The notes: a model not told the origin generated them from the sequence alone. DNA of 64,000 nucleotides from Candidatus Iainarchaeum sp. (GCA_017610205.1 JAFCCL010000002.1:32001-96000), one strand, 5' to 3'; positions 37,355 to 47,495 are shown, counted from the first letter of the stretch. Numbers and translations: made by a program.

Positions 37355-37647
37355 CAAAAAAAGGTGTTTTTGGGATTTTGGAGGGAACAACTTTGAAGGA
37401 AGCAGCATCTCTTAGAGTGCTTTTTCAAAAAGCACCTAATGCAAGCCCAAAACATGTAAGGGCATTGCTTTGTATCCTTCGCCACAAAAACACCTATCTT
37501 TCAATGAAAGACATTGAAAAAAACACCTTTATCAAAAACAGCGAACTAAAAAAAATAATGCAGTCTTTTTCAAAAAGCAGGCTTGTAGAAAAAGAAGGCT
37601 GCCTTTACAAAAAAATTGACGGGGAAAAAATTGTTGAAATTATTTAA
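37348..37647 (+). CDS. Small winged-helix protein
   Basis: LSMKDIEKNTFIKNSELKKIMQSFSKSRLVEKEGCLY; true start likely TTG ~37378. Confidence 0.6.
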   Translation: MSSKKGVFGILEGTTLKEAASLRVLFQKAPNASPKHVRALLCILRHKNTYLSMKDIEKNTFIKNSELKKIMQSFSKSRLVEKEGCLYKKIDGEKIVEII

Positions 37648-37685
37648 AATTTTGAAATTATTTAAAGCAAGCAAAAGAATTTTTG

Positions 37686-38843
37686 TCATTCTTTGTAAAG
37701 CAATTCAACAACCTTTTTTGCAATCTTTTCTTTTTTGCCACGCCCAACAAGCCAGGCTCGCATCTCACTCTTTGTAAACTGTCTTCTTTGCACACCTATT
37801 GTCTTAACAATCCTGCCAATGTCCTCAATTTCAGACCGCGAATATCCTGCAAATGGGTTTTTGCTAATTTTAATGCCTTTCTTTGCATGACCAAGCTTTG
37901 CCTCTAGAACATTCTGCTTTCCCTGCAATTCCCTTTCCTTTTCAGCATACTGCTGTGATGTAATTCGCCTCTTAAGCATATCATATTTCCAAACCGAACG
38001 CTCTTTCAAAACCTCAACAAGCTCAAGGTTGAGAGCATCCTTTTGGGTTCTTTTCTTCAAATAATATTTCCAGCCTACTAAAGTTATTAAACTGGCAACA
38101 ACCAAAAGCACAATAATAGGAGCAAAGAAAAGAAAAAAGCTCATTACAAAAGCACCAACATCAAAAGGCACATAAATTGATTCTGGAACAAGTGTAAACA
38201 CATAGGTTTCTGATTCAGAAAATGTTTCAGAGCCAAGAACTCCGGAAACCCTTATCAGGTAAGTTGTTGAAAACCCTTCCTCGCTTTCTGAAGAAGGCAG
38301 TGTTTCAGAAAGAGTGAAAATGTTTTTGCCTGAATCAAAAACCATTGGCTTTTCAATTCCAGAATCTTCATTTATAAGAAACGCTTCAAGACCCCCGAGC
38401 TCTCCAAAAAAGGGGCTTGAAACCTCTACAATAAATTCAACCTGTTCACCAAAAGTAAAAACTTTTTTTTCAGGAGAAACTAAAACTGTTGTAAAAGGCT
38501 TGTCAGGCCTTTCAGTCGGAGTTATTGTAACATACATTAAGGCATTGCTTTCACCACTGGAGTCAACTGCTGTAACATAGTAAAGGTGTTCCTTGACAAG
38601 ATCAATGCCTTGGTCAAGATAAGATTTTTCAGTTGATGAACCAATGTTGAGCATTTCAGTAATGATTTCGCCCCTGTAAATTTTGAAAGAAGTGGCACCA
38701 CCCTCATGACCCCAGGTTATTTTAACAGAATTAAAGCCAACAAATTCACCATTAAGATTGGTTACTGGTTCCGGCACAGCCAAGGCAAAAGAAGCCATTA
38801 GCACAAGGCATACAAAAATTGGCAAAAATTGTTTTTTCATCAT
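37686..38843 (-). CDS. Single-pass membrane protein with FN3-like ectodomain
   Basis: Signal peptide, ITW..FKIYR..YYVTAVDSSGES, TM, cytoplasmic helical tail. Confidence 0.8.
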   Translation of the reverse strand: MMKKQFLPIFVCLVLMASFALAVPEPVTNLNGEFVGFNSVKITWGHEGGATSFKIYRGEIITEMLNIGSSTEKSYLDQGIDLVKEHLYYVTAVDSSGESNALMYVTITPTERPDKPFTTVLVSPEKKVFTFGEQVEFIVEVSSPFFGELGGLEAFLINEDSGIEKPMVFDSGKNIFTLSETLPSSESEEGFSTTYLIRVSGVLGSETFSESETYVFTLVPESIYVPFDVGAFVMSFFLFFAPIIVLLVVASLITLVGWKYYLKKRTQKDALNLELVEVLKERSVWKYDMLKRRITSQQYAEKERELQGKQNVLEAKLGHAKKGIKISKNPFAGYSRSEIEDIGRIVKTIGVQRRQFTKSEMRAWLVGRGKKEKIAKKVVELLYKE

Positions 38844-38908
38844 TTAATAATAAGAACAAAGCGGTATTTATTTGTTGTTTTTTTAAAAAGAAAGGACTAT
38901 TAAAAAAA

Positions 38909-39658
38909 TTATTGCAATTTGTCCATTATTTCAAGGCCTTTTTCAGTAATTGCATATGGAATTATGTCCTTGTCATAATTTGAATAACGCATTTTTCTTA
39001 CTTCAAGACTTCTGTAGTCGCCCACACCTATTTCAATATAGTGCATTATTATTACACCATCTGTAATAAATTCCGAGATTCCATCAGCACTCAACCTTTT
39101 GGATTCCTCATAAAGTTCAGAAGTAAGCAATGTTGTAAGCTTGTATTTTTTCAGCTCCCTAATCAATTTGTAAAGAATGCTTTTTGCAATAATCTGTTCA
39201 GTTCTAGGAATTGGAGAAACCTTTTCAACAACCTGCACAAGCGAAAAATCGCTTTGAGTCCCCATTCCGCCAATTATAAGAGCATCTGTTAAAGTTGTCA
39301 TGCTGTCAATTGCAACCCTTTTTGGCTGAAATTCCTTTATTACTACATCCACCTCAGATAAGAAATTTGAACCGTGAGTAATGTCAAAATAGAGTATTTT
39401 TAAGAGATTTTTTTCCTCAAGCTTTTCAAGATCCCATCCAAATGACGCAGCCTGCTTGTAAAGCTCTTCAGGACTTTGCTCTGTGCTAATATAAAGTGCT
39501 TTTTCACCAAAAAGATTTGCGCCATTTAAAAGAAACTGAAGACAAAGAGTACTTTTTCCTGTTCCTGCACCACCAGAAATAAGCACAAGATTACCCTGAG
39601 GAATGCCTCCTTCAAGTGCCTTGTCAAGACCCTGAATTCCAAATTTTGTTTTTTCCAT
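38909..39658 (-). CDS. KaiC/RAD55-family ATPase
   Basis: GIQGLDKALEGGIP, GGAGTGKS, RVAIDS, DGVI, RSLEVRKMR. Confidence 0.92.
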   Translation of the reverse strand: MEKTKFGIQGLDKALEGGIPQGNLVLISGGAGTGKSTLCLQFLLNGANLFGEKALYISTEQSPEELYKQAASFGWDLEKLEEKNLLKILYFDITHGSNFLSEVDVVIKEFQPKRVAIDSMTTLTDALIIGGMGTQSDFSLVQVVEKVSPIPRTEQIIAKSILYKLIRELKKYKLTTLLTSELYEESKRLSADGISEFITDGVIIMHYIEIGVGDYRSLEVRKMRYSNYDKDIIPYAITEKGLEIMDKLQ

Positions 39659-39754
39659 AAAAAAACCTTCAAATAGTAATAAGACTTCACTCTATATAAA
39701 TTTTTCTCATGCAATATGATCCGTTTAAATCATTTTGGGAGACTAATTTAAGTT

Positions 39755-40480
39755 ATGACATTAAGTCTTTCAACAGGAAGCGTTTGGAAAGCAGTAGACA
39801 ATCGAATTGAAGGGGTGCATCTTGTAGAAAAATTATTTTCTAGCCTGATTGACGGAGTTGAATTGTGCTTGATTGACCAAAAAGGTTTTGAAGAATTTGA
39901 ATTGGATAAAAAAAGCATAAAATTTCTTAAAGGAATGAAATTCAATTCACTGCATACACCAAGCAGGGAATATGGAAAAAGCAGGCAAAGTAAAAAAATT
40001 CTTGAAAAAATTGACAAAATTAGCCAAATCATAAAACTAGAGCACGTTACATTTCACCCAAATCATGTTAAGGATTTTTCTGCATTAAAAAAATTTGAAT
40101 TCAAAACATGCATTGAAAACTTGGCGTGTGGAGAAATGCACAAGGGGTGGCAGTTTCCAAAAGAGATAAAGGCATTTCTTGAAAAGGAAAAAGACATTGG
40201 TTTCTGCTTTGATGTAAGCCATGCGATGTCAAATGGAATAAACCCAAAAGAATTTTTGGAATTGCTGGGAGAAAGAATTTCATGCATCCACCTTAGTGCA
40301 ATTGAAAAAGAAGGAAGGGAAAATCACAAGTTTGTTTTTAATTCAAGCAAACAAGCACAGAAAAAAATTGAGCCGGTTTTTACTTTTGGTGTTCCTTTAA
40401 TCATAGAAGTTGCCCTTGAAAAAGAAAAAATCCCGCTAATAAAAAAAGAGATATCTTTTGTAAGAAAAAAACTCGGTTAA
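39755..40480 (+). CDS. Xylose isomerase-like/AP endonuclease 2 TIM barrel protein
   Basis: SLHTP, TFHP, CIEN, CFDVSHA, IHLS, IIE. Confidence 0.8.
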   Translation: MTLSLSTGSVWKAVDNRIEGVHLVEKLFSSLIDGVELCLIDQKGFEEFELDKKSIKFLKGMKFNSLHTPSREYGKSRQSKKILEKIDKISQIIKLEHVTFHPNHVKDFSALKKFEFKTCIENLACGEMHKGWQFPKEIKAFLEKEKDIGFCFDVSHAMSNGINPKEFLELLGERISCIHLSAIEKEGRENHKFVFNSSKQAQKKIEPVFTFGVPLIIEVALEKEKIPLIKKEISFVRKKLG

Positions 40481-41052
40481 ATTTCAGCTTCAAGCTGTCG
40501 CCTTACTCTTTTGTCGGAAAAATCAAACAAAGACTGTTTCTTTATTATAAATTCGCACGAATTCCCACCCAAGGCACAGCAGTGGGTTTCAACACAATCA
40601 ACAGATTCCTCAAAAACTCTTGAAAAAAGCCCTGCAAGAATACCCCTCAAAATATGGTCTGCCGGCGCTTTAAGTTTTGAATTAAGATTTTTTGCAACAG
40701 GATTATTCGAAACCCGAACAATTGCTTTTTTTGAATTAAAATCAAGATCAACATTCTTTATAGTGCCCCAACCAGATGCCACAAAATATTGTTCTAAAAA
40801 CGCAACCATCTTTTTTCCCCTTAAACCAAACTCCAATCCAAAAGCAGGAATAAGATTGTCTGCAACACTCTCCCTTATTGCAACATACAGCTTTTTTTCA
40901 AATTCAGGATCATTTGTTTCAAGAAGACATGAAAGGAGCTGAGTAGGGCAAACAAGAAAGGGCAAGTCTACGAGAAAAAAATTGTTATGCTTGTACTTCA
41001 AAGAATTTGCATAAATAAACTTGTCGTAAAATCTGTTAAGCGTTGAAATCAC
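40477..41052 (-). CDS. V4R/4VR domain protein
   Basis: SGWG, ADHILRGILAG, ETHCCALGGNSCEF. Confidence 0.88.
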   Translation of the reverse strand: MISTLNRFYDKFIYANSLKYKHNNFFLVDLPFLVCPTQLLSCLLETNDPEFEKKLYVAIRESVADNLIPAFGLEFGLRGKKMVAFLEQYFVASGWGTIKNVDLDFNSKKAIVRVSNNPVAKNLNSKLKAPADHILRGILAGLFSRVFEESVDCVETHCCALGGNSCEFIIKKQSLFDFSDKRVRRQLEAEI

Positions 41053-41119
41053 CTTTTAACATTGGAACAGTAAGGTATTCTTTTAATTTAAATTTAATTA
41101 GTTGCCATTTGAACCAAAA

Positions 41120-41833
41120 TTAAAGCATTGAAATAATAGTTAAAACAAGAACACTTACAAGAACCCCAATAAGGAACAAAAGAGGTTTTCCCGACTGACC
41201 TCTTGGCAAAGTGTCCCTTACAGCAATATAAAGCATTGCACCCAAAACAAATGAAAAAAGAAGATGGTAAAGATAAGGTGTTAGGTTCAATGCATAAGCA
41301 GCCAACACGCCAAAAACCGGTGACATAGGAAGAAGAAAGCCTGCAAGAAGCTTTTTGTTAAATGTTTTATCAATGTCATTCAAAGAAAGACTGCTTGAAA
41401 AAGTGTGCAAAAGCAACGGAATAAAGATAAGGAACCCTGACAAAATCCCCTCAATGCTAAAAGCAAGAAAAAGAGTTATTCCAACAAGGAAATGGTTTAC
41501 AAAAAAACCAAGTGCATGAATTGAAGCAAGGTCCTTCATTTGCTCTTTCTTGTTCACAATATGCTGGTAAACATACTTTTCGCCAAGATGCAGTGAAACA
41601 AAACCAGCAAGCATCAGCAAAAAAATGCTTTCTCCAACATGATACATTCCATTAAAAAATTCAGGAAGCAGGTAAAGAAAAATTAAACCAAGGAAAAGCC
41701 CAGCAGAAAAAGAAATTGTCTGCATATGAAACTTTTTAACATGCTCTGCATATTTTTCAGAAAAGAAATGAACAGATGCAAGAATCAAAGAAAGCAGGAA
41801 GGCCGAAATTACTGCATAAAAAGATGGAATCAT
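41120..41833 (-). CDS. ZIP-like metal transporter
   Basis: SFSAG, LLPE, His-bearing TMs, GAMLYIAVRD. Confidence 0.75.
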   Translation of the reverse strand: MIPSFYAVISAFLLSLILASVHFFSEKYAEHVKKFHMQTISFSAGLFLGLIFLYLLPEFFNGMYHVGESIFLLMLAGFVSLHLGEKYVYQHIVNKKEQMKDLASIHALGFFVNHFLVGITLFLAFSIEGILSGFLIFIPLLLHTFSSSLSLNDIDKTFNKKLLAGFLLPMSPVFGVLAAYALNLTPYLYHLLFSFVLGAMLYIAVRDTLPRGQSGKPLLFLIGVLVSVLVLTIISML

Positions 41834-41888
41834 AACTTGAAGAAAAAGGCTTTTTATATTTAAATAGTTTTCTGAAGTAAACTATTTT

Positions 41889-42812
41889 ATGCCAGAACTT
41901 ACAATTGACTTTCATACACACCTGCTTGAAAAAAGAATTAAGCCAGAAGACTATTGGAAAGCCGCAAAGGCAAAAAAGCTTGATGCAATAGCCATAACAG
42001 AGCATTCGTTTGAAAATCCGGCAAAAGCTTACGAAATGCTTTTGGAAAAAAAACCAAGAGGAATAACATTAATTCCAGGAATTGAAATTTCAAGCGAAGC
42101 AGGACATTTACTTGTTCTTGGAAAAAACAAAGACATTTACAGCATTGAAAGCCTTTTCAGAAAAGGAATTTCAATAAAAGAAGCAATGGCAATAGCAAAA
42201 GTCAAAGGCCTGCTATTAATCATTGCCCACCCATGGGGATTTTCAAGCGACAGTGCAGCATATATTTTGGGAGAAAAAAAACTCAAAGCACTTGTTGAAA
42301 AAGAAAAAATAGGAATAGAAGCATTCAACGGAATGTTTGGAAACGTAAGCTCGTTTTTTTATGCAACCAACTGGGTTAGAAAACCAATGAACTTTTTTGA
42401 CTTTTTGGAAAAAAGCCGCATTGGGAAAAAAACAAGACTAAGCAAGCTTGGCAAAAAAGGCAGGGAAAAACTTGACAAAAAAGGAAAAGAAATTCTTGAA
42501 AGATGCACAAAACCATTTGAACTAAGTAAAAATGCAGCATTTGTTACAGCAGGAAGCGATGCCCACAACCCTAAAAGGATTGGAACAGGAATTATAAAAC
42601 TTACAACAAAAGGAAAAGATATAGAAAGCATTTTGAACGCAGTGCAAAACAAAAAGAATGTGAAATGGATTGGACCCTATGTAAAAGAAACAAGCAAAGG
42701 ATACACAATTGACAAAACATCCATGCAAAAAAAAGAAGTGCTAAGCGGATTAAAGTATGCAACAAAGAGCAAAATTGTTAAAAAAATAAAAAGGAAAAAA
42801 TCTAATTCTTAA
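41889..42812 (+). CDS. PHP-domain phosphoesterase
   Basis: DFHTH, AITEH, GIEIS..GH, AHP, GSDAH. Confidence 0.9.
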   Translation: MPELTIDFHTHLLEKRIKPEDYWKAAKAKKLDAIAITEHSFENPAKAYEMLLEKKPRGITLIPGIEISSEAGHLLVLGKNKDIYSIESLFRKGISIKEAMAIAKVKGLLLIIAHPWGFSSDSAAYILGEKKLKALVEKEKIGIEAFNGMFGNVSSFFYATNWVRKPMNFFDFLEKSRIGKKTRLSKLGKKGREKLDKKGKEILERCTKPFELSKNAAFVTAGSDAHNPKRIGTGIIKLTTKGKDIESILNAVQNKKNVKWIGPYVKETSKGYTIDKTSMQKKEVLSGLKYATKSKIVKKIKRKKSNS

Positions 42813-42846
42813 AAGCATGAATTTAAATAATTCTTTGTCCTAAATT

Positions 42847-43263
42847 GTGTGCATGATTTTTTCTGTTTTAACCGGAATGCCATTAAAGGACATTCCAAAA
42901 GAAGCAACACAACTTCACTTTGTAAGACCAGTAAAAAAAGAACTGGTGGAAAAAATACTAAAAAAATGCAAAGGCTTAAGACAGGCAACCATGAGCAAAA
43001 GTTGCCTTGCAAGAATGCCTAAAAAAAACATTGCCATGCTCAAAAAAAAAGGCGTAGTGGTAGAAATTGAAACAAGAGCAGGGCGTCCAATATCAGTTCC
43101 TTTGGAAAAAATGCAACAGGCTTTAGAAATGAGAAAAGATTACCAAAGCCTTAGAGAAGTTGAAAAAGTTACCGGAATTTCAAAAAGCACAGTCCATTAT
43201 TTGGAAAAATACTCCCAAAGGGCAAAGATTAAAAATGGGAAAAGAGTAATTTATTTGAAGTGA
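42847..43263 (+). CDS. DUF1699-like protein with C-terminal HTH
   Basis: LHFVRP...GRP, SLREVEKVTGISKSTVHY. Confidence 0.65.
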   Translation: MCMIFSVLTGMPLKDIPKEATQLHFVRPVKKELVEKILKKCKGLRQATMSKSCLARMPKKNIAMLKKKGVVVEIETRAGRPISVPLEKMQQALEMRKDYQSLREVEKVTGISKSTVHYLEKYSQRAKIKNGKRVIYLK

Positions 43264-43318
43264 AGATTAAAAATATGAAAAGAACAATTTATTTGTAAAA
43301 TTAAAACGGGGTGATTTT

Positions 43319-43645
43319 GTGGGAAACGAGTTTTTTGAACAGACTTTGATTAATCTTACAAGAAAGGGTGCAGAGGACAGAGTGCGGTTGCTTAAAAATT
43401 TGCACAAAAAAGTTATGCCAAGCCAGCTTGAAAGGATTCAAAAAAACGACAAAAGCGTCTTGCAGGAAATGTTTATGCCAAAATGGGTTTCATGGGAGCT
43501 TTTAAGGGCGTGGGCAGACAATTTCAAAAAACCAGGAAAAGGAAAGCAATGCATTTTGTGCGATGAAAAAAAAGAAAACGGCATTGACTTTAACGAAAGG
43601 TTTATCTGCGAAGGCTGTTTTGTCAGACTAAAGCAATTAGAGTGA
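43319..43645 (+). CDS. Hypothetical protein with C-terminal zinc ribbon
   Basis: CILC...ICEGC; GGGGTGA upstream. Confidence 0.7.
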   Translation: MGNEFFEQTLINLTRKGAEDRVRLLKNLHKKVMPSQLERIQKNDKSVLQEMFMPKWVSWELLRAWADNFKKPGKGKQCILCDEKKENGIDFNERFICEGCFVRLKQLE

Positions 43646-43649
43646 AGGC

Positions 43650-43778
43650 CTAAGGTTTTGCAGGCTGTTGTATTCTGCAATGGCAGGCAGGGCATTCCCA
43701 TTCTGAAATTACTTTTTCTCCTTCAACATGCTCAATACCAACCCTCTGCATTTCAATTCCGCATTTTTGGCATTTCAT
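43650..43778 (-). CDS. Small zinc-finger protein (42 aa)
   Basis: Not in track; MKCQKCGIEM...WECPACHCR. Confidence 0.7.
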   Translation of the reverse strand: MKCQKCGIEMQRVGIEHVEGEKVISEWECPACHCRIQQPAKP

Positions 43779-43839
43779 ATTAAATCAAAAGAAAAAGAAG
43801 TGGAACAATTTAAAAGGGTAATTTGACAGGATTTAGTGC

Positions 43840-44517
43840 ATGGCTTTAAAGGCAATTTTGTTTGATTTGGACAATACACTTATTGATTTTGTTGAATTCA
43901 AAAAACAGTGCAGCAATGCGGCAATAAGGGCAATGGTTGAAGCAGGGCTTGGAATGGAAGAAGAAAAGGCTTCAGCACTGCTTTTCAAAATGTATGATGA
44001 TTTTGGATGGGAAGATCAGAAAATTTTTGAAAAGTTTTTAAAAAAAGTTTCCGGAAAAATTGATTATAGAATTCTTGCAAGTGGGATTGCCGCTTACAGG
44101 CGTGTAAAGACAGGAAATTTGAGACCCTATCCGCGAATAATGGAAACCCTGATTAAACTTAAATCAAAAGGGCTTACTCTTGGCATTGTAAGCGATGCCC
44201 CAAAAATGCAGGCATGGCTTAGGCTGGCTGAAACAAATATTTCAGAATTTTTTGACGTTGTTGTAGCATTGGAGGACACAGGAAGAATGAAGCCTAGCAG
44301 AATGCCATTCAAACAAGCAATAAAAAAGCTTGGATTCAAATCCGAAGAAATTCTTTTCGTTGGAGACAATCCTGAAAGAGACATTAAGGGCGCAAAAGGA
44401 GTCGGAATGAAAACAGCCCTTGCCGAATACGGGCAACTTATCAAAGGAAAAAACAAGCCGGATTTTGTTCTCAAAAAACCATTTGACTTACTGAAAATTG
44501 TTGAAAAATGCAAGTAA
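43840..44517 (+). CDS. HAD-superfamily hydrolase
   Basis: FDLDNTL, VSD, KP, VGDNPERDI. Confidence 0.92.
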   Translation: MALKAILFDLDNTLIDFVEFKKQCSNAAIRAMVEAGLGMEEEKASALLFKMYDDFGWEDQKIFEKFLKKVSGKIDYRILASGIAAYRRVKTGNLRPYPRIMETLIKLKSKGLTLGIVSDAPKMQAWLRLAETNISEFFDVVVALEDTGRMKPSRMPFKQAIKKLGFKSEEILFVGDNPERDIKGAKGVGMKTALAEYGQLIKGKNKPDFVLKKPFDLLKIVEKCK

Positions 44518-44547
44518 AAATAAAGCACACTCCTTAACGCATAAAAT

Positions 44548-45564
44548 TTAGGTATATTCTTTGAAACGGTAGCCTTTCTTTTTCTTGAAAAAATTTCTTG
44601 AAAGGGAAATGCATTTCATTAAAGCAAGATTTATGTCTTTGCCTTTTCCGGAAAAACCAGCTGCGCCTGCATGCCCTCCTCCGCTTCCTGAAAAAGTTGC
44701 CGGAAGGTTTTGAAAAACATGTTTTGCTAAATCAAAACCTGCTTTTTTTACAACAGCCTGCGAGGCCCTTCCACTTATTCTAAGCTTTCCGTCCTCAGTA
44801 TCTCCAACAAATGCAATATCCGCCCCAATTCTTACAAGTGCAGAGGCAGCATCTGATTCAAATGCACCAACATCAGAAGCTACAACAATGTAATTTGAAA
44901 TTAGAAAAATTCTTGCCCTTTTGGCAGCTTTTAACTTTGCAATCTTTTCATCAAAAGTTTGCTTTACATGAAATAACGACGTAATTGTTGAAAAAGAGGT
45001 GTTGCTTTTTTTCAAGACCTCTGACAGAATTGCAAATGTTTTGCTGTTTGCAGTAATGAAAAAAGCCGAATCAGTTATTAGCCCGGCTGCAATACACATT
45101 GATGCCGTCTTGTTAATAGTGCAATTGCTTTTTTTAAGCCAATCAAAAACAAGCTCACAGCTTGCAACAGCATTTTGGTCTACAACACTGTTTTTCTTGC
45201 TTGCAATCTTTTTCTTGGCTAGTCTGTGATGGTCTATGAGAAAAATTTTGCCACTGAATGCAGAGATTTCGTCTGCAAGCGCATCAGCCATTTTCAAATC
45301 ATTAAAGTCAACCAAAAAAAGGCAATTGAACTCATCCAAAGATTGCCCTTTTGTCAAAGTGTAAGATATGTTTAGTTTTTTTGCAAGTGCTTTGGCAGGC
45401 AAACTAATGTGACCAGGAACAAGAATTTTTGCCTTATTTTTTTCCCTTAAAGAAAAAAACAATGCTGTGGCTGCACATATTGCGTCAACATCACAGCCAG
45501 AGTGTGTTATTAGTGCAATTCTATTTCCCTTGAATGAAGAAAGGGGCTTGACCAACAGCATCAC
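44548..45564 (-). CDS. DHH-family phosphoesterase
   Basis: H...DVD, LVD, IDHH, GGGHAGAAG. Confidence 0.9.
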   Translation of the reverse strand: MMLLVKPLSSFKGNRIALITHSGCDVDAICAATALFFSLREKNKAKILVPGHISLPAKALAKKLNISYTLTKGQSLDEFNCLFLVDFNDLKMADALADEISAFSGKIFLIDHHRLAKKKIASKKNSVVDQNAVASCELVFDWLKKSNCTINKTASMCIAAGLITDSAFFITANSKTFAILSEVLKKSNTSFSTITSLFHVKQTFDEKIAKLKAAKRARIFLISNYIVVASDVGAFESDAASALVRIGADIAFVGDTEDGKLRISGRASQAVVKKAGFDLAKHVFQNLPATFSGSGGGHAGAAGFSGKGKDINLALMKCISLSRNFFKKKKGYRFKEYT

Positions 45565-45911
45565 TTTTTGGTTTCTTTCGTTGCAGGTTTGCTTCCTGCT
45601 TCAAGATCTGATTTGAGCTTGTTTAACTTATTTATTAGGCTTTCTTCCTGTTTTTGTATTGTTTTAAGCCTTAAGTCAATAGAGGTCTTCTTTTCCTCAA
45701 TGTCCTTTTTGACTTTGACAGTGTCTTCCTGAATCAGAATATTGCCAACTGCTTTGTAAACCCTTTTTTCTTTGGTTTTTCCAAGCTCTTCTAACGCCTG
45801 CTTCAAAGTCATGCTTTGAACCTGCATCTGCTGCTTTTGCTGTGAAACGCCATACAGTTGTGCTCTGTTTCTTTCAAATTCTTCGATTTTTGATTGATTT
45901 ATTTCAGCCAT
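45561..45911 (-). CDS. pfdB: Prefoldin beta subunit
   Basis: ALEEL, VYKAVGNILI, flanking coiled coils; superoperon position. Confidence 0.92.
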   Translation of the reverse strand: MAEINQSKIEEFERNRAQLYGVSQQKQQMQVQSMTLKQALEELGKTKEKRVYKAVGNILIQEDTVKVKKDIEEKKTSIDLRLKTIQKQEESLINKLNKLKSDLEAGSKPATKETKK

Positions 45912-45914
45912 TTT

Positions 45915-46178
45915 TTAAACCTCCATGACATTTTTTACAAGAATAATTGAATTCAGACACCAGTTAATGGAAGCCCTCATTGCAACTGCATCCTGTGCTT
46001 TAATATTAATGGAAATGATTCTGTTTTTAATACCAAGTGAAATTGTGCTTCTTTTCAAATGCCTTGCACTAATATCAGGAAAAATCGTCTTGTAGGCAAT
46101 ACTTGCACCTTTTTCATTTGAAAAATGAAGATTTAGGCAAAGTTCAAATTTATCTTGCTTTGATATCCTTTGCGACAT
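45915..46178 (-). CDS. pcc1: KEOPS complex subunit Pcc1
   Basis: IKAQDAVAMRASIN; superoperon position; start uncertain. Confidence 0.8.
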   Translation of the reverse strand: MSQRISKQDKFELCLNLHFSNEKGASIAYKTIFPDISARHLKRSTISLGIKNRIISINIKAQDAVAMRASINWCLNSIILVKNVMEV

Positions 46179-46287
46179 TTTCCCTCATCTTGTGAAGTAT
46201 TTTACTTGCACAGCTTGGGCATCTAATCATACCAGGCTGTAATTCAGAAATGATTTCTCCACATTTTGCACATCTATAACTTGCCAT
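46150..46287 (-). CDS. rpoP: RNA polymerase subunit P (Rpo12)
   Basis: Not in track; MASYRCAKCG...IRCPSCASKILHKMR...IKAR. Confidence 0.92.
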   Translation of the reverse strand: MASYRCAKCGEIISELQPGMIRCPSCASKILHKMRENVAKDIKAR

Positions 46288-46308
46288 TTGCTCACCTTTT
46301 TTTAAAAA

Positions 46309-46695
46309 CTATTTTTTTTCTTTTTTCTTTTTTTCAGGTTCTTTTTTCTTTTTTTTGTCTTCTTTTTTTTCCTCAACAGGTTTTTCTTCAGGAACATTTT
46401 CAATCAGTTCATCAAGGGCCTTGTTCTTTAAAACAAAAGACTTTTGCGCAACTGTTTTCTTTATGATTGAACCAGGCATTGTAACAGGCAAATATGCTCC
46501 GCCTGCAAAGCTTGCGTGGCATTTTCTACACACATAAAGACCTGCTGCCTTTCTTTTCACTTTTTTAAAACCACAAAACGGGCAAGCATATGTTTTTTGC
46601 TGTTTATCTTCTATTTTAAGAAGTCTTTTTCTTATGCCCACTCCATATCGGCTTCCAAACCGTCCTGTTTTTCTGACTTTTTTTGTACTGCCCAT
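46309..46695 (-). CDS. rpl37ae: Ribosomal protein eL43 (L37Ae) with charged C-terminal extension
   Basis: GRFGSRYG, CPFCG, CRKC, AGGAY. Confidence 0.95.
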   Translation of the reverse strand: MGSTKKVRKTGRFGSRYGVGIRKRLLKIEDKQQKTYACPFCGFKKVKRKAAGLYVCRKCHASFAGGAYLPVTMPGSIIKKTVAQKSFVLKNKALDELIENVPEEKPVEEKKEDKKKKKEPEKKKKEKK

Positions 46696-46709
46696 TTTTG
46701 AAAAACTCC

Positions 46710-47489
46710 TTACACTAATTTCCTCAATTCTTTTGCACTTTTAAAAGATAAGTCAATACATTCATCTATTTCACTTACCTTAAAAGAGCCTCCAAAACCT
46801 TTCTGGAAAGCACACATTGTTTTATCGTCTGAAACAGCACAGCTGAACCTTGCATCCTGAGCTTTTTCTTCAATAAGAACAGGATCCAAAACAAGATTTC
46901 CTGCAATCTTTGAAACTGTTGTAAGAAGCGGTTGTTTTGCAAGTTTGAGTTTTCCACTGTACTCATGCTTTACAACTTTATCGTCTTCGATCTTCGGAAT
47001 CTTTGTCTCGTTCAATGCAGCAAGAGCCGCAATGCTTCCTGCGTCAAATGCATTGCCGTCATAGTTTGTTACATAAAAATCTATGAATGCAATCCAAACA
47101 AGTTCTCCTTCTCTTACACAAAGACTTTTGAAGTCTATTGCCTTGCCTTCTCTTATGCCCCTGTCAACAACTCTTGCAATTTCTATTGCATTCTCTCTTG
47201 GAGGACCAACCTCAAATTGAGGGCTTGCCAAAGGCAAAAGCTCTACTCCAACACTGATTGTTCCCTTGTCAGGATTATCAGGGTAGGGTGTTCCCAGAAC
47301 CATCTTTACACCGGCCATAACCTCTGTTTTGCCAAGGGTTACTTTGGCACTTCCGTCGGCATTGTCACTTATATTTTTTAGAACTGTTACTTTTCTTCGT
47401 TCATCCAATTTCCTGCCGTCAACCCTTTTACCTTCCTTAATCAAGGAAGTTACCTTATTGGCTTCAATATCCCATATCATTTTTTCCAT
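46710..47489 (-). CDS. rrp42: Exosome subunit Rrp42
   Basis: RVDGR, ADGSA, PYPDNP, EIARVVDRGIRE, DGNAFD. Confidence 0.95.
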   Translation of the reverse strand: MEKMIWDIEANKVTSLIKEGKRVDGRKLDERRKVTVLKNISDNADGSAKVTLGKTEVMAGVKMVLGTPYPDNPDKGTISVGVELLPLASPQFEVGPPRENAIEIARVVDRGIREGKAIDFKSLCVREGELVWIAFIDFYVTNYDGNAFDAGSIAALAALNETKIPKIEDDKVVKHEYSGKLKLAKQPLLTTVSKIAGNLVLDPVLIEEKAQDARFSCAVSDDKTMCAFQKGFGGSFKVSEIDECIDLSFKSAKELRKLV

Positions 47490-47495
47490 TCAAAA

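Noticed and set aside
38909-39658. Circadian clock
   Set aside because: Single-domain KaiC-like ATPase without KaiA/KaiB; common in archaea.
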